Position numbers and translations under genes: made by a program
Shown here: positions 61,949 to 64,000 of the stretch, piece after piece
Layout: each line of letters begins with the position of its first letter
Position numbering within the stretch: position 1 is the stretch's first letter
NCBI GenBank assembly: GCA_016713645.1
Contig: JADJOU010000008.1
Span: 43,472 to 107,471, forward strand
DNA: 64,000 bases
Direction: 5' to 3'
Origin: Bacteroidota bacterium
GTDB lineage: Bacteria > Bacteroidota > Bacteroidia > Chitinophagales > JADJOU01
The notes under the pieces: model-generated
What the model was told of the DNA's origin: nothing
The model's input: the letters and a program-made list of their open reading frames with translations, nothing else
The model's database searches: none

Positions 61949-63523
61949 ATGTCAGCAGTAAAACCAGATGAAATTTCAGCAATCTTGAGAGATCAAATCG
62001 CTCAAGCGTCAACACCCACTCAATTAGAGGAGACAGGAACTGTTCTTCAAGTTGGAGATGGTATTGCGCGTATTTATGGGCTCAACAACGTGAAAGCGGG
62101 AGAGCTTGTTCAATTTGAAAATGGAACACAAGCGATTGCATTGAATCTTGAAGAAGATAATGTAGGAGTTGTATTGATGGGCGCTACCGAGGGAATTAAG
62201 GAAGGCGATAAAGCATTCCGAACTAAGGTAATCGCTTCAATCAAAGTTGGTGAGGGAATGGTTGGCCGTGTAATTAATACATTGGGATTGCCAATCGATG
62301 GAAAAGGACCTATTACAGGAGATGTATATGAAATGCCATTGGAGAGAAAAGCGCCAGGGGTTATCTATCGTCAACCAGTAAATGAGCCTTTGCAAACAGG
62401 TATCAAAGCGATTGATGCGATGATTCCAATTGGAAGAGGACAGAGAGAGTTGATCATCGGAGATAGACAAGTTGGTAAAACAACCGTTGCAATCGATACG
62501 ATTATCAATCAAAAAGAGTTCTTCGAAAAAGGAGAACCAGTATTTTGTATCTATGTTGCTTGCGGACAAAAATCTTCAACGGTTGCGAATATCGTTAGAA
62601 CATTGGAAGATGCAGGTGCGATGAAATATACAGTTGTTGTTGCAGCGAGTTCTGCTGACCCTGCTCCATTGCAATTCTACGCGCCATTTGCGGGTTGTGC
62701 TGTTGGAGAATTCTTCAGAGATACAGGAAGACCAGCTTTGATCGTTTATGATGATTTGTCAAAACAAGCGGTTGCCTATAGAGAGGTGTCATTGTTGTTG
62801 AGAAGACCTCCAGGAAGAGAGGCTTATCCAGGTGACGTATTCTATTTGCACAGTAGATTGTTGGAGAGAGCGGCTAAAGTAAATGCTAACGACAATATCG
62901 CTCAAGCGATGAACGATTTACCAGATTCATTGAAGGGCATGATTAAAGGTGGCGGTTCATTGACTGCCTTGCCAATCATCGAAACACAAGCGGGTGACGT
63001 ATCAGCATATATTCCTACGAACGTAATTTCAATTACAGACGGACAGATATTCTTGGAGTCTAACTTGTTCAACTCGGGTGTGCGTCCAGCGATCAACGTG
63101 GGTATTTCGGTATCGCGTGTGGGAGGAAATGCACAGATCAAAGCGATGAAGAAAGTGGCTGGAACATTGAAATTGGACCAAGCGCAATACAGAGAGCTAG
63201 AGGCATTCTCTAAGTTCGGTTCTGATTTGGATGCTGCTACAAAAGCAGTTTTGGATAAAGGAGCGAGAAACGTGGAAATCTTAAAGCAAAACTTGGGTTC
63301 ACCATTGACAGTTGAAAAGCAAATTGCAATTCTTTACTTAGGTGCAAACAATCTATTGAAAGAAGTTCCAGTTACTAAGATTAGAGCTTTCCAAGATGAT
63401 TTCTTATCGACTTTGGAAAATTCACATGCAGAATTGTTGAGTTCAATCAGCAAAAAAGCAATTGATGAAGTAGCGCCGGCGATAGTAGAGGTAGCGAATA
63501 AAGTAATGCAAGGGTATAAATAA
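61949..63523 (+). CDS. atpA: F0F1 ATP synthase subunit alpha
   Basis: 524-aa ORF with Walker A (GDRQVGKT) and full-length similarity. Confidence 0.97.
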   Translation: MSAVKPDEISAILRDQIAQASTPTQLEETGTVLQVGDGIARIYGLNNVKAGELVQFENGTQAIALNLEEDNVGVVLMGATEGIKEGDKAFRTKVIASIKVGEGMVGRVINTLGLPIDGKGPITGDVYEMPLERKAPGVIYRQPVNEPLQTGIKAIDAMIPIGRGQRELIIGDRQVGKTTVAIDTIINQKEFFEKGEPVFCIYVACGQKSSTVANIVRTLEDAGAMKYTVVVAASSADPAPLQFYAPFAGCAVGEFFRDTGRPALIVYDDLSKQAVAYREVSLLLRRPPGREAYPGDVFYLHSRLLERAAKVNANDNIAQAMNDLPDSLKGMIKGGGSLTALPIIETQAGDVSAYIPTNVISITDGQIFLESNLFNSGVRPAINVGISVSRVGGNAQIKAMKKVAGTLKLDQAQYRELEAFSKFGSDLDAATKAVLDKGARNVEILKQNLGSPLTVEKQIAILYLGANNLLKEVPVTKIRAFQDDFLSTLENSHAELLSSISKKAIDEVAPAIVEVANKVMQGYK

Positions 63524-63657
63524 TTTTGAATTTTGAATTCTGAATTTTGAATTACAAATTTGGAATTGTCAATTCTTAATTTTGGAATTCTTAATTTTGA
63601 ATTTTGAATTGCATTTTTGGAATTCGGAGTTTTGAATTGAAAGGCAGGGTTTGAAAG
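63524..63657. repeat. Degenerate 7-bp tandem array (TTTTGAA, about 18-19 units)
   Basis: It reads ttttgaa ttttgaa ttctgaa ttttgaa ttacaaa tttggaa ttgtcaa ttcttaa ... and starts immediately after the atpA stop codon. Confidence 0.8.
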
Positions 63658-63672
63658 CTTAAAACATTTGGG

Positions 63673-64000
63673 GTGAAAGAGAATATTATACTGACGAAGT
63701 CTTTTGATTTTTCATTGAAGATTATTGGTCTGTATAAATTGCTCAGAGAGAAAAATGAATTTTTGTTGAGTAAACAATTATTCAGAAGTGGGACCTCAAT
63801 AGGTGCAAATGTAGAAGAGGCTATTGCAGCGCAGTCGCGAAAGGATTTTGTAAGTAAATTATCCATTGCAGCAAAAGAGTCGAGAGAGACGCGTTATTGG
63901 CTGAAATTGTTGGAGGAGAGTGAATTGATAGAGAATATTGATGTGAAAGAACATGTCGCTTTATGCAGTGAATTAAAGCGAATATTGACATCCATCATAT
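63673..64000 (+). CDS. Four-helix-bundle protein (23S rRNA intervening-sequence protein family), 3' end outside the window
   Basis: GTG 63673 opens VKENIILTKSFDFSLKIIGLYKLL...LSKQLFRSGTSIGANVEEA.AAQSRKDF.SKLSIA.KESRETRYWL.LL, the hallmark of this family. It has no stop before the window end, so it is absent from the ORF track. Confidence 0.85.
   Translation, partial: MKENIILTKSFDFSLKIIGLYKLLREKNEFLLSKQLFRSGTSIGANVEEAIAAQSRKDFVSKLSIAAKESRETRYWLKLLEESELIENIDVKEHVALCSELKRILTSII

Noticed and set aside
63524-63657. Short-period repeat array as a possible CRISPR or minisatellite with spacers
   Set aside because: The unit is only 7 bp, contiguous and degenerate. There is no repeat-spacer architecture.
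63591-63866. 91-aa ORF on the minus strand
   Set aside because: It is antisense to the clearly recognisable four-helix-bundle protein gene (63673 onward), which is missing from the ORF track only because it runs off the window.

Overview
This is a 64-kb, densely coding chromosomal segment that looks like a Bacteroidota genome (Flavobacteriia/Cytophagia-like). The evidence for that is type A and type B T9SS C-terminal sorting domains, recurrent TAnnTTTG -7 promoter boxes, and typical DUF families. I recognise about 55 protein genes and no rRNA, tRNA, CRISPR array, transposase, integrase or phage gene. Housekeeping content: queA, dusB, hutU, queE, glyA, recR, mnmG, selO, the bioB-bioF-bioD-bioA operon, fabF, and atpB-E-F-H-A. 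Accessory content: (1) a propeller/Y_Y_Y sensor kinase plus a LytTR regulator, followed by a direct-repeat operator and two secreted proteins of unknown family; (2) a TolC/HlyD pair with no pump gene; (3) two ABC transporter genes; (4) two glycosyltransferases flanking recR; (5) a 1084-aa T9SS protein built from about thirteen 59-aa tandem repeats; (6) a translationally coupled DUF2132-MbnP-MbnH(di-haem peroxidase) block followed by an FkbM methyltransferase; (7) a cluster of T9SS cargo genes (sulfatase, YHYH protein, type B CTD protein); (8) a bestrophin/beta-carbonic anhydrase pair. Main caveat: at least 17 single-base frame disruptions in 14 genes, plus one in-frame TAG, split otherwise recognisable genes, including recR, fabF and dusB. 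Most sit at short homopolymers, so assembly or basecalling error is the leading explanation and real gene decay is the alternative. The non-genic signals most worth a second look are: a degenerate tandem array with an exact 21-bp register in the 770-bp gap at 5.7-6.1 kb; the 13-bp direct-repeat LytTR-type operator at 11.3 kb; twin 14-bp perfect palindromes in front of mnmG; 20-bp TTTTAAACGCAAAGAA repeats between fabF and the MbnPH block; and a 7-bp TTTTGAA array with a four-helix-bundle gene where atpG would normally follow atpA. All calls rest on reading the sequence and recalling protein families. No database search was run.
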